From a virus: a stretch of 64,000 nucleotides of DNA. Both the position numbers and the translations under genes were made by a program. The notes under the pieces were generated by a model. The model had not been told where the DNA came from. It worked only from the letters and a program-made list of their open reading frames with translations, and searched no databases. The stretch lies in IMG/VR virus record IMGVR_UViG_3300042544_001941, one strand, 5' to 3'. Positions 1 to 9,375 of this stretch are shown here, piece by piece (the stretch's first letter is position 1; every line of letters begins with the position of its first letter).

Positions 1-912
1 GCGGCTCCTGATATGGGTGCAGAACCTGAAATGGGTGGAGAAGAAGGTGGTGACGATAAACTAAAAGTCGTTCAAAAGTTAACAGGTAAATTAGGTCAAA
101 AAATCAGAGACATCCAAGACGATTTAGAAAGTGACGATATCAAATATATTATCAATTCTGTATTATCCGCAGTTAATTTGGATAAGTTAGAAATGGATGA
201 TAAAGAAGAAATATTGAGCAAGTTTGAAGACGAGGAAGATTTTGAAGGTGAGGATGGATTAGGTGATACTGAAGGTGGTGAAGAATTACCTTCTGAAATG
301 CCAGCACCTGAAGCGGGTGACGAATCTGAATTAGGTGAAATGGACGGAATAGATGCGTTAGAAAATTTAGTTAATATGAGTTTTGACGAAGGTTTCGATG
401 ATTTCGACACTCAAATACAACCTGAAGAAATGGGATTTGATGATGAGTTTGAAGATGAAGGTCCGGTAGGTCGTCACGACGCATTGGATTCAAATATTGA
501 TTTAGAAAAAGAAAAGGTAAGAAAGAAAACAAAACATTTTGTTGAACCTGATAGTGAAGAAGATTTGTACTTTAGACAAGCTTCAATGGATTCAGATAAT
601 TACGATAGTGATGCTGATATCTTCGGTGATGACGAATATGGTGATATGTTCAATTTTGATTTAAAAGAAGAAGACCCAATGGGTGATGAATCAGAATTAG
701 AAAGCTTATTTAACAAAGAATTAGATATGGCTAAATCAATGGAAGATGAGAAAGAAGACGGTTTTGATAATGATGCACATTTGGCTCACTTTGATAGACA
801 ACAATATGGAGATATGGATGAAGTAGTAACCAAAGAAGTTGATATTAATGAGTTAACCGATATGATTAATAATAGTGTTAAAGAAACATTAAGAAAACAC
901 TTTGAACAATAA
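1..912 (+). CDS. Highly acidic hypothetical protein (probable head-associated/internal protein), likely 5'-truncated
   Basis: Frame is open from base 1; very D/E-rich low-complexity sequence; lies upstream of terminase/portal. Confidence 0.6.
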   Translation, partial: AAPDMGAEPEMGGEEGGDDKLKVVQKLTGKLGQKIRDIQDDLESDDIKYIINSVLSAVNLDKLEMDDKEEILSKFEDEEDFEGEDGLGDTEGGEELPSEMPAPEAGDESELGEMDGIDALENLVNMSFDEGFDDFDTQIQPEEMGFDDEFEDEGPVGRHDALDSNIDLEKEKVRKKTKHFVEPDSEEDLYFRQASMDSDNYDSDADIFGDDEYGDMFNFDLKEEDPMGDESELESLFNKELDMAKSMEDEKEDGFDNDAHLAHFDRQQYGDMDEVVTKEVDINELTDMINNSVKETLRKHFEQ

Positions 913-1310
913 TGTTTCTTTTATACATCAATGAGTTAGGACGAGACTATAAAGGTCAACGACAATACGAATTTATATTCGGTAACGATATTGATGTATT
1001 AATGGATGAATGGTTTATAATTCCATCTTCGGGTAGAGCAATTCCACCTGAATTAGAACAAATTAATTTAGTGGGTTTATTAAAAAACTCAGAATTAGAA
1101 TTAGATTTGGTTCAAAATTCAGATTACTTTGGAATGATAGACGCCGTAGATGGAATTGTTGCTTTAGGATGGGAACCTTTTGATATACATTCAGAAGAAA
1201 GACCTGAAAGAGTTTCTTTTCATTTCGGTGAAGACATTGATAGTATCACTGAGAAGTTGGAGTCGAAGGGTTTAAGATTAATAAATGAAGAAATTAAATA
1301 CAAATTTTAA
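912..1310 (+). CDS. Hypothetical protein
   Basis: 132-aa ORF coupled to the upstream gene by a TAATG stop/start overlap. Confidence 0.75.
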   Translation: MFLLYINELGRDYKGQRQYEFIFGNDIDVLMDEWFIIPSSGRAIPPELEQINLVGLLKNSELELDLVQNSDYFGMIDAVDGIVALGWEPFDIHSEERPERVSFHFGEDIDSITEKLESKGLRLINEEIKYKF

Positions 1311-1311
1311 A

Positions 1312-2196
1312 ATGAAACGCAATCAAATTGTTGGTTTATTAGTTAAAGAAGGATTTTCACAATCAACTTTAGTTGTTATGTCAGATAAACAATTGGAAAT
1401 GTTATCTGAAAGAATATTGGGAGAACAAATTAAAGCTATACCTGGTAAAACCGCATATAAAATAGATGGTGAAGGTGATTTAGGTAGTTTACCTCCAGCA
1501 TCTAAAGGTTATTCAGTATCAATTGACCCTGTCGATAAAAAACCAGTCGCACAACCTATGGAATCTGAAGTTAAGGAAGGATTAAAAGGTGGTCAAAAGA
1601 AATTGGATAAAAACCACAATGGTAAAATAGATGCACAAGATTTTAAAATTTTGAAAGGTCAAAAAAAGAAGAAAGAAGTTAAAGAAGAATTGAAAGGGAA
1701 TCAAAAAAATATCGATAAAAACAAAAATGGTAAAATCGATGGCGAAGACTTTGAAATTTTAAAAGGAAAAAAGTTGGATAAAAAGAAATTAGAGGATATT
1801 GATAAAAAAGAAATTAAAGAGTGGGTTGATTCTTTGGTGGAAAATGATTATCATTCATTAACAACTAAAGATGAAATTATGGAACTTATCAAAATTAAAC
1901 TACACGAACAACCAGATGTAATGGAACCAGATATCGATGTAGAACCTGATATTGATATTGACCCTGATATTGATGCACCACCATCACCTGATAAAGACCC
2001 TTTCATTGACCCTTGGCAAAATCCTGGTGAAGGACCTGACCCAAGACCTAAGTTCGAAAAAGGAAATGGTGGAAGTATGCCGGCCTTTATGGAATTTAAA
2101 AATATTTTGAAGTCAATGAATCAACCAAAAGGTGCCGATTCTATTTCAGAATCAATTATGAAAAAAATCAGAAACGTATTAAAAAATGGCAAATAA
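1312..2196 (+). CDS. Hypothetical protein with two EF-hand-like loops and a PDID repeat (probable internal head protein)
   Basis: DKNHNGKIDAQDF and DKNKNGKIDGEDF; PDIDVEPDIDIDPDID; start placed at ATG 1312, just after the upstream stop. Confidence 0.7.
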   Translation: MKRNQIVGLLVKEGFSQSTLVVMSDKQLEMLSERILGEQIKAIPGKTAYKIDGEGDLGSLPPASKGYSVSIDPVDKKPVAQPMESEVKEGLKGGQKKLDKNHNGKIDAQDFKILKGQKKKKEVKEELKGNQKNIDKNKNGKIDGEDFEILKGKKLDKKKLEDIDKKEIKEWVDSLVENDYHSLTTKDEIMELIKIKLHEQPDVMEPDIDVEPDIDIDPDIDAPPSPDKDPFIDPWQNPGEGPDPRPKFEKGNGGSMPAFMEFKNILKSMNQPKGADSISESIMKKIRNVLKNGK

Positions 2197-3427
2197 ACAA
2201 TTTAATGAGGATATGAAATTTGCTGATGATAGTAGACCTGATTCAGGTTTAACTAATAAATTAGTCGATAGAGAAACCCCATTTAAAAAAGTAGATTTTC
2301 CCGAACCAAACGAAGAAGGATACAACAACTACGAAGAATTGTTAGCTAGTGACGAGTACTCAACCGCCTTAGGTAGATTATCACGTTATACGGGAGTTAG
2401 TAATATCGGTACCGGTATACAAGGTAGGTATTATCAGTTATCAATGCAAGCTAGTAGAATATTATCTGAGATACAAAACGCCGAAAGAAACCACGAAACT
2501 GAATTAGAGGAGTTATGTGAGAGATTAATTAGGGAACATTTTAAGGTTCCTGAAAATAGATTACAATTCGACATTAAATTACAATCTGAAAGCATTCAAG
2601 TAAATCAAGATGCTGAAGAAGAGGAAGTTCAAGAACAAGAAGAAGAATTAGTTGATGAGGTTTTAAATTTAGAAAGAGCTAAAAGAAGATTATTAAATGC
2701 AATGACCCAAGGTCACGCAGTTGATGGTACTTGGATGTTTGAAGATGTTATTCCTGAAATTCAAAGAATTACAGGAGTTCAGAATTTAACAGACAAATAT
2801 GCAATTTTCGTTTCAACTATGATGTTAGGTTATTGGCAGTTTCCTGAAGAAATGATGGAAGCGACAATCGCCGAAGCTCAAGGTGCAGGTAAAACAAGAC
2901 TTGATTCAACAACAAATCCTCCAACAGTTATTGCAAGAGCGGTTATATTTCCTTTCTTAATTCACGAAACCATTAAAGGTGTTATGGAATTCTTATCAAA
3001 ACAAAGAAATCCTGAAGACCCTGAAAGAGTTCAAAAAGCTATGGATTTAGAAGATACAGTACTTCACGAAATTTGGGACATTAGATTAGGTCCTGCAATT
3101 TGGAGAAGATTATATTCATTATATCCTGAAGCGATTAAAAATGAAGAAGAAAAGAAAAAATTACAATATTTTATTTACTCAAATGTTGCTAACTTACCTG
3201 TAAAAGAATTTTTAGTTTTAATGAAGGAAGTTATAGGTAACACAGAAATGGGTAAAAAATTGATTGGCGCTATGTACTATGATTTAACAAGAAAAGTAGA
3301 TAGTGAAGAAGTTACACAATCAACATCCGAGTTCAGAAAATTAATTGAGGAGCTTGCACCTAAAGTATCTGGTGAAAGTTTACAAGATATGTTATCAGGT
3401 TTAGGAATCTCATTATCAGGACAATAA
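2186..3427 (+). CDS. Hypothetical protein (413 aa)
   Basis: Long ORF overlapping the upstream stop and followed by a terminator; contains FLIHETIKG and VLHEIW. Confidence 0.8.
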   Translation: MANKQFNEDMKFADDSRPDSGLTNKLVDRETPFKKVDFPEPNEEGYNNYEELLASDEYSTALGRLSRYTGVSNIGTGIQGRYYQLSMQASRILSEIQNAERNHETELEELCERLIREHFKVPENRLQFDIKLQSESIQVNQDAEEEEVQEQEEELVDEVLNLERAKRRLLNAMTQGHAVDGTWMFEDVIPEIQRITGVQNLTDKYAIFVSTMMLGYWQFPEEMMEATIAEAQGAGKTRLDSTTNPPTVIARAVIFPFLIHETIKGVMEFLSKQRNPEDPERVQKAMDLEDTVLHEIWDIRLGPAIWRRLYSLYPEAIKNEEEKKKLQYFIYSNVANLPVKEFLVLMKEVIGNTEMGKKLIGAMYYDLTRKVDSEEVTQSTSEFRKLIEELAPKVSGESLQDMLSGLGISLSGQ

Positions 3428-3430
3428 TAC

Positions 3431-3457
3431 AAAGACGGTTTTTAACCGTCTTTTTTT
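3431..3457 (+). terminator. Intrinsic terminator
   Basis: AAAGACGGTT-TTT-AACCGTCTTT hairpin followed by a T-run. Confidence 0.85.
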
Positions 3458-3458
3458 G

Positions 3459-3466
3459 TATTTATA
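3459..3466 (+). promoter_or_regulatory. Late-promoter-like motif TATTTATA
   Basis: 3 nt upstream of the terminase ATG; the same motif precedes most structural genes. Confidence 0.7.
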
Positions 3467-3469
3467 TAT

Positions 3470-5227
3470 ATGAGTAAAATTGAGCAATTAAAAGAATATG
3501 CAAGAATCATTAAAGATACTCCATATGCTTTAAGAACATATCTACAAACGTATGATAATACGCAAAAGAAATATGTTCCTATGGATTTGTTCCCTGACCA
3601 ATTACAATTGATTCAGGACTACGAAGACTACAACGAAAATATCACTAAAAAATATCGTCAAGCGGGTGTTACAACAGTAACTGCTGCTTGGTTATCTAAA
3701 AAATTACAATTAGCAAAACCTGAGAACCCTGAAAGAGTTCTTATTATTGCGAACAAAAGAGATACCGCCATTGAAATGGCGAACAAGGTTCGTAATTTTT
3801 TAGAACAATGGCCTGAATGGTTAAACGTTGGTTTCTCCCCTGATAAAAACTCCGAAAGTAGATTTAGATTAAATAATGGTTGTGAAGTAAAAGCGGTTGC
3901 AACGTCCGCCGATGCGTTACGTGGTTATACACCAACAGTACTTGTATTTGACGAAGCTGCGTATATTGAAGCGGGTGAGGACTTTTGGGCCGCTTCAATG
4001 GCGTCACTATCTACGGGAGGTAAAATTATCCTTATATCCACACCGAATGGTTATGACCCAATTTATTATGGGGTTTATGACCAATCACTTCGTGGTATGA
4101 ACGATTTCCATATAACGGATTTAAGATGGTTTAAAGACCCTCGTTATACCAAAGACTTGGTTTGGGTTAAATGTCAAGACATATGTCATTATATGTTGAA
4201 TAGAGAACAATATAATGATGATGAGGTAATTCTTCGTGAATTCAATATGTCAGACTATAGAAAATTAGAAGAGAATGGTTATAAACCTTTTTCGTCTTGG
4301 TTTGAATCTATGTCCAAGAAATTCAAGTACGATAGACGTAAAATCGCACAGGAATTGGAGTGTGACTTTTTGGGTTCGGGAGATGGGGTAATTCCTAGTG
4401 ACATTCAAGAAAACATTGCCAAAAATATGATTAGAGTTCCGTTTGAAAAATATATGCAAGGAACTTTTTGGCATTGGAAGGAACCGATACAAGACCATCG
4501 TTATATTATGGGTGTGGATGTTAGTAGAGGAGATAGTGAAGACTTTTCATCAATTAATATTATTGATTTCGATGATAGAGAACAGGTTGCAGAATATATT
4601 GGTAAGATACCACCAGATGATTTAGCAGCAATTGCATACAAATGGGGTGTACTTTACAACGCGTTCATTGTAATTGATATAACGGGAGGTATGGGTGTCG
4701 CAACATCAAGAAAACTACAAGAATTAAATTATAAAAATTTATATATCGACGGTATTAATACTCAAAACATATGGGAATACAATAGAAAAGCGATGGATAA
4801 AATTCCCGGTCTAAACTTCAATAATAAAAGAACACAAATTGTTGCTGCATTTGAAGAACAACTTAGAAAAGGATTTATTGTGAGGTCATCAAGACTATTA
4901 AATGAACTTAATACATTTGTTTATATGAATGGTAGACCTGACCATATGAAAGGTGCACACGACGACGCCATAATGAGTATGTCAATGGCATTATATGCTG
5001 GTGATATATGTTTTAACCAATTAGAAAGAACTGACGCACAAAATAAAGCAATGTTAGATTCTTGGGTATTATCTGAAAGAACATACGAAACAAATAAGTC
5101 TTTTTATTCATATGGAACAACATTCGACCCAATAGGTTTAATGTCAATGGATGGAAATAATCAACCTCAAACACCATCAAAACAATCCTATGGTGAATAC
5201 TCTTGGTTATTTGGAAAACCCAAATAA
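3470..5227 (+). CDS. terL: Terminase large subunit (T4 gp17-like)
   Basis: Walker A-like KYRQAGVTT, Walker B LVFDEAA, motif III ISTPNG, QELEC, nuclease motif GVDVSRG..ED and C-terminal HDD. Confidence 0.95.
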   Translation: MSKIEQLKEYARIIKDTPYALRTYLQTYDNTQKKYVPMDLFPDQLQLIQDYEDYNENITKKYRQAGVTTVTAAWLSKKLQLAKPENPERVLIIANKRDTAIEMANKVRNFLEQWPEWLNVGFSPDKNSESRFRLNNGCEVKAVATSADALRGYTPTVLVFDEAAYIEAGEDFWAASMASLSTGGKIILISTPNGYDPIYYGVYDQSLRGMNDFHITDLRWFKDPRYTKDLVWVKCQDICHYMLNREQYNDDEVILREFNMSDYRKLEENGYKPFSSWFESMSKKFKYDRRKIAQELECDFLGSGDGVIPSDIQENIAKNMIRVPFEKYMQGTFWHWKEPIQDHRYIMGVDVSRGDSEDFSSINIIDFDDREQVAEYIGKIPPDDLAAIAYKWGVLYNAFIVIDITGGMGVATSRKLQELNYKNLYIDGINTQNIWEYNRKAMDKIPGLNFNNKRTQIVAAFEEQLRKGFIVRSSRLLNELNTFVYMNGRPDHMKGAHDDAIMSMSMALYAGDICFNQLERTDAQNKAMLDSWVLSERTYETNKSFYSYGTTFDPIGLMSMDGNNQPQTPSKQSYGEYSWLFGKPK

Positions 5228-5271
5228 ACCTTTATTTTTTGAATAAAATAGGATAGATTTTTAACAAATAG

Positions 5272-5279
5272 TATTTATA
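5272..5279 (+). promoter_or_regulatory. Late-promoter-like motif TATTTATA
   Basis: 3 nt upstream of the portal ATG. Confidence 0.7.
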
Positions 5280-5282
5280 GTT

Positions 5283-7118
5283 ATGGCAGAAAATAATTTA
5301 ACGGTATTTCAGAAACTTACTAAGGTTTTCGGTTTTCAAGGAAAAGGGAAAGAGGTATCACCATCTTTCAATTTAGATAGAGAAGAAATATTAAAAACTG
5401 ATAGTAAAGAAGACTTTGAAAAAGCGTTATTACAAGCACAACAGTCACAATACATCGCAGACAAATGGACTAAATTAGACCAGTCGTTATATAATCAATC
5501 GGTTTATTATGAACCAAATAGATTGTCAGCGTATTATGATTATGAGTCGATGGAGTTTACTCCTGAAATATCTGCCGCGTTAGACATTTATGCTGAGGAA
5601 TCAACAACAATGTCTGAGAAAGGTGAAATTCTAACAATATATTCTGAATCAAAAAGAATCAAAGGTATTCTTGAGGATTTATTTAAAGAAAAATTAGACA
5701 TCAATACTAACCTACAAATGTGGGCTAGAGGTATGTGTAAGTACGGAGATGATTTTGTATTCCTTAAAGTAGACCCTGAAAAAGGAATCATCGGTTGTCA
5801 ACAATTACCAAACATTGAAATTGAAAGAGTTGAGGGTGCGGCACTTAAGAACTTAGCCGCAGCACCTAAAGATTCAAAAATACCAACAAGAGAATTGAGA
5901 TTTAATTGGAAGAACAAAGACATTGAATTCCAAGCTTGGGAGATTGCTCACTTTAGAATTTTAGGTGATGATAGAAAGTTACCATATGGTACATCTATGT
6001 TAGATAAGATTAGAAGAATTTGGAAACAACTTTTACTTGCGGAAGATGCGATGTTAATTTACAGAACATCAAGAGCACCTGAAAGACGTGTATTCAAAGT
6101 ATTCGTTGGTAATATGGATGACAAAGATATTGAACCATATGTACAACGTGTTGCAAACAAATTCAAAAGAGATACAGTTGTTGACCAAAAGAATGGTAAC
6201 GTTGATATGAGATATAATCAAATGGCTGTTGACCAAGATTATTTCATACCTGTACGTGACCCAGCACAAACTAACCCGATTGAAACATTACCAGGTGCTG
6301 CTAATTTAGGTGAGATTGCCGATATTGAATACATTCAAAAGAAAATGTTAGCGGCTCTTCGTATACCTAAAGCGTTTTTAGGATTTGAAGAAGTGGTTGG
6401 TGATGGTAAAAATCTTGCATTAATGGATATTCGTTTTGCTAGAACAATCAATAGAATTCAAAAATCTTTAATACAAGAATTAAATAAAATTGCGTTAATT
6501 CATTTATACCTTTTAGGTTTAGAAGATGAATTACACAACTTTAGTTTATCATTAACAAACCCATCATCTCAATCAGATTTACTTAAGATTGAACAATGGA
6601 AAGAAAAGGTTACGTTATATAAAGACGCCACATCTGACAACTCACAACTTGGTATTTTACCTGTTTCACATACTTGGGCTAAAAAGAATATTCTTGGATT
6701 TAGTGATAATGAGGTTATACTTGATTTACAACAACAAAGACTTGAAAGAGCTATTGGTGGTGAGTTAGCTGCAACCGCACAAATTATTAAACGTTCAGGA
6801 GTGTTCGATGACGTCGATGCGAAATATGGAATACCTGAAGAAGAAAGAGAAAAATTAGAAGCTGCCGGTGGTGCAACCGGTGACGCCGCTGCGGGTGGTG
6901 GAATGGATATGGGTATGGGTGGAGCACCTGCCGATATGGGAGCACCTGCAGAAGCACCTGCGGGTGGAGCAGCACCATTAAGTGAATCGCGAAAAGACAA
7001 GATTTTATCTATGTTAGGTGACGATTCAGAAAAATTAGACGATTTATTTGATATTAATAAAGCACAACAGAATATTTATGAGATAGAGAATAAATTGAAG
7101 GATATATTAAACGACTAA
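5283..7118 (+). CDS. gp20: Portal protein (T4 gp20-like)
   Basis: EDAMLIYRTSRAPERRVF, DYFIPVR, IETLPG, DIEYIQKKMLAALRIPK motifs; follows terL. Confidence 0.95.
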   Translation: MAENNLTVFQKLTKVFGFQGKGKEVSPSFNLDREEILKTDSKEDFEKALLQAQQSQYIADKWTKLDQSLYNQSVYYEPNRLSAYYDYESMEFTPEISAALDIYAEESTTMSEKGEILTIYSESKRIKGILEDLFKEKLDINTNLQMWARGMCKYGDDFVFLKVDPEKGIIGCQQLPNIEIERVEGAALKNLAAAPKDSKIPTRELRFNWKNKDIEFQAWEIAHFRILGDDRKLPYGTSMLDKIRRIWKQLLLAEDAMLIYRTSRAPERRVFKVFVGNMDDKDIEPYVQRVANKFKRDTVVDQKNGNVDMRYNQMAVDQDYFIPVRDPAQTNPIETLPGAANLGEIADIEYIQKKMLAALRIPKAFLGFEEVVGDGKNLALMDIRFARTINRIQKSLIQELNKIALIHLYLLGLEDELHNFSLSLTNPSSQSDLLKIEQWKEKVTLYKDATSDNSQLGILPVSHTWAKKNILGFSDNEVILDLQQQRLERAIGGELAATAQIIKRSGVFDDVDAKYGIPEEEREKLEAAGGATGDAAAGGGMDMGMGGAPADMGAPAEAPAGGAAPLSESRKDKILSMLGDDSEKLDDLFDINKAQQNIYEIENKLKDILND

Positions 7119-7120
7119 AA

Positions 7121-7858
7121 ATGAACAAAATAGGGGTATTAAAAACCAAAATCTTAAAAAAACTTACAGAATCTTACTCAAGTCAGAACAAGTCTGAAAT
7201 GAAAGATATTTTAAAAACAATAAAAGAGAATAAAGACTTTAAAGAGTTATATCTTTTTTATGAAGAAATAGAGAACAAATATTTTGAAGATAAAGAAGTT
7301 GCTAAATTGTATGTTGAAGAACTTAACACAATTTTGAGAAGTAAGTCTAAAAGTCTTGTTGAATTTTGTAGTTCATTAAATCAAAAATTAGGTGAATTAG
7401 AAATCAATGAAAACGAGGTTTATTCTACTCTTGACCAATTATTAGAAGAGGACAGTTTAAACAACATCGATAAAAAGGTTATATCAAAGAAAAAATTAGT
7501 AAATCATTTAACAACCAAAAAAGAAGTTAATGAATCTAAAACAGAAGGTATCGTACCTAACGAAAGTTTATTACACGCCGTATTAGCGAACAATTTCAAC
7601 GTTTTATATACAAATAGTTTAAATGAAGAACAACAGGAGGAATTGAAATCAATTCTTTCAATGTCACAAGAAGATTTAGAGAAAAACATTACTGAATTAA
7701 AAGAATCTGTTTTAACCCAAGTGGGAACTATATTATCTGAAAATAAAGATGATGAATTAACAACAAAATTAACTCAAGTTCAAAAAGAGGTAAACGAAAT
7801 GAATTTTAATAAGTTTAATCTTTATAAACTTAAAGAATTAAAAAATGGTCTTAATTAA
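7121..7858 (+). CDS. Hypothetical coiled-coil head-module protein
   Basis: 245-aa K/E/L-rich ORF with several (L/V)xE sites, directly after the portal. Confidence 0.75.
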   Translation: MNKIGVLKTKILKKLTESYSSQNKSEMKDILKTIKENKDFKELYLFYEEIENKYFEDKEVAKLYVEELNTILRSKSKSLVEFCSSLNQKLGELEINENEVYSTLDQLLEEDSLNNIDKKVISKKKLVNHLTTKKEVNESKTEGIVPNESLLHAVLANNFNVLYTNSLNEEQQEELKSILSMSQEDLEKNITELKESVLTQVGTILSENKDDELTTKLTQVQKEVNEMNFNKFNLYKLKELKNGLN

Positions 7859-7869
7859 GACCATTTTTT
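7840..7869. terminator. 30-bp perfect palindrome / bidirectional terminator over two convergent stop codons
   Basis: AAAAAATGGTCTTAA|TTAAGACCATTTTTT. Confidence 0.8.
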
Positions 7870-8042
7870 TTTGATTCTATATAAATCGCTTTTAATTTTT
7901 GAGTTCTTTTCTTAACTGAAGGTTTTACGAACTCTTGCCTTTCTCTAAGTTTTTGTATCTGTTTTGTTTTTTGAACCTTTTGTTTATAGGTCCTAAGAGC
8001 AGATTCAAGACTCTTTTCATTTTTAATTTCTATTATTAACAT
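7851..8042 (-). CDS. rpsU: Phage-encoded 30S ribosomal protein bS21 (Bacteroidota-type)
   Basis: 63 aa: MLIIEIK..SLESALRTYKQK...LRERQEFVKPSVKKR...KAIY; bS21 signature (ALxxxKxK; R..F.KPS..R); Tyr at position 54. Confidence 0.92.
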   Translation of the reverse strand: MLIIEIKNEKSLESALRTYKQKVQKTKQIQKLRERQEFVKPSVKKRTQKLKAIYIESKKNGLN

Positions 8043-8060
8043 AATTTGGTTTTAGTATTA

Positions 8061-8068
8061 TATAAATA
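8061..8068 (-). promoter_or_regulatory. Late-promoter-like motif TATTTATA driving bS21
   Basis: TATAAATA on the + strand, 18 nt upstream of the bS21 start. Confidence 0.65.
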
Positions 8069-8071
8069 TAT

Positions 8072-8103
8072 TTTGGAAATACAAGAATTTTTCTTTATAT
8101 TTT
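8072..8103 (+). promoter_or_regulatory. Bacteroidota-type promoter TTTG-N20-TATATTTT
   Basis: Matches the -33 TTTG / -7 TAnnTTTG architecture with a 20-nt spacer. Confidence 0.55.
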
Positions 8104-8141
8104 AATTAACACCATAAATTAAAATAATATGAAGAAAATTA

Positions 8142-8567
8142 ATGAAAACTGGGAAATTTATACCCCTTGGATACTATGAAAATGTAAAGATTGGTTACGG
8201 AACTGTAGACTTTAAAAATTTAAAAACCGTATACATAAAACTAAATTCTTGGTTATTACCTGAAAGTGAGACCGATAATTTCGAGTTAATACTGTCAAGA
8301 ACAAGACGTGAAATAAAAACGTACTTGTACTATTTGGAAAATGAGTTTTTCAAAAAAGAAAATATTGTCGATTTAGACGTTAGGACTAAAGGAATCAAAT
8401 TAGAAAAAAAGTCCTTTATGAATTTAGAAATTACATTATTCGTTAAAAATCAATTTGATATCAGAGATAAAGAAGTTAAAAAAACTATTAAATCAATATC
8501 GGAAAACATTATTAATGGGAATTTAAAAGACAAAAATCTGTTTAATTTCTATAAGAACAAGAAATAA
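8142..8567 (+). CDS. Hypothetical protein
   Basis: 141-aa ORF between bS21 and the prohead protease. Confidence 0.75.
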   Translation: MKTGKFIPLGYYENVKIGYGTVDFKNLKTVYIKLNSWLLPESETDNFELILSRTRREIKTYLYYLENEFFKKENIVDLDVRTKGIKLEKKSFMNLEITLFVKNQFDIRDKEVKKTIKSISENIINGNLKDKNLFNFYKNKK

Positions 8568-8605
8568 GTTGGGATATCGATGTATTTATAGTATAAAAAC
8601 TGTAA

Positions 8606-9289
8606 ATGAAGATATTAGGTCCAAACGAGACGGGTAAGGGAATCTTAATCGAATACGACGCAGGACACGTTTCACCTGACGACAACAAAAAAATTATATC
8701 AGAAATGAAGGGTATGGACTTCTCAGAAGACCTTATCCTTTATGCTGTTTTACAAAAATACGACACACCTAACAAAAACGGGAGAATCTATCCCGAAGTT
8801 CTACTTAAAAGAGAGAACGAAAAATATCAATCCCTTATTAAGAAAGGGGGTGCTTTAAATGAATTAAATCACCCATCATCATCACTTATTGATTTGGATA
8901 GGGTATCACACTCTATTACAGAGACTTGGTGGGATGGTAAAATGTTAATGGGTAAGATAAAACTATTCACATCACCGGGTTGGAAGAAAATGGGTATTGT
9001 ATCCACTAAGGGAGACCAAGCGGCTATGTTGATTATGAACGGAGCTACTTTGGGTATCTCTTCTCGTGGAGTAGGGTCTCTTAAAAACATTAAAGGTCAA
9101 AACATTGTACAAGAGGATTTTGAACTTGTTTGTTTTGATTTAGTGTCATCTCCATCTACGCCAGGTGCTTATGTTTTCCCTGAATTATCTGATAGAGACA
9201 AGTATCAAGAATCAATCGAAGAAAAAGGGGAAGGATTTGATAAGATGAAGTCATTAATGGGAAAATTAGATAACTTTTTATCCAAATAA
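8606..9289 (+). CDS. gp21: Prohead core protease (T4 gp21-like)
   Basis: NKNGRIYP, ELNHP, GISSRGVGS, FDLVSSPSTPGA; TATTTATA at 8583-8590. Confidence 0.95.
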   Translation: MKILGPNETGKGILIEYDAGHVSPDDNKKIISEMKGMDFSEDLILYAVLQKYDTPNKNGRIYPEVLLKRENEKYQSLIKKGGALNELNHPSSSLIDLDRVSHSITETWWDGKMLMGKIKLFTSPGWKKMGIVSTKGDQAAMLIMNGATLGISSRGVGSLKNIKGQNIVQEDFELVCFDLVSSPSTPGAYVFPELSDRDKYQESIEEKGEGFDKMKSLMGKLDNFLSK

Positions 9290-9375
9290 TAAATTTTATA
9301 GGGTTACCAATACTGAAAAAGTAAATTTTTCGTAAAAACGTAGTATTTATAAGATAATAAAACAAATAAATAAAG

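Noticed and set aside
2940-3090. Zinc metalloprotease HExxH in the 413-aa protein
   Set aside because: The motifs read HETIK and HEIWD, with no second His, so a protease call is unsupported
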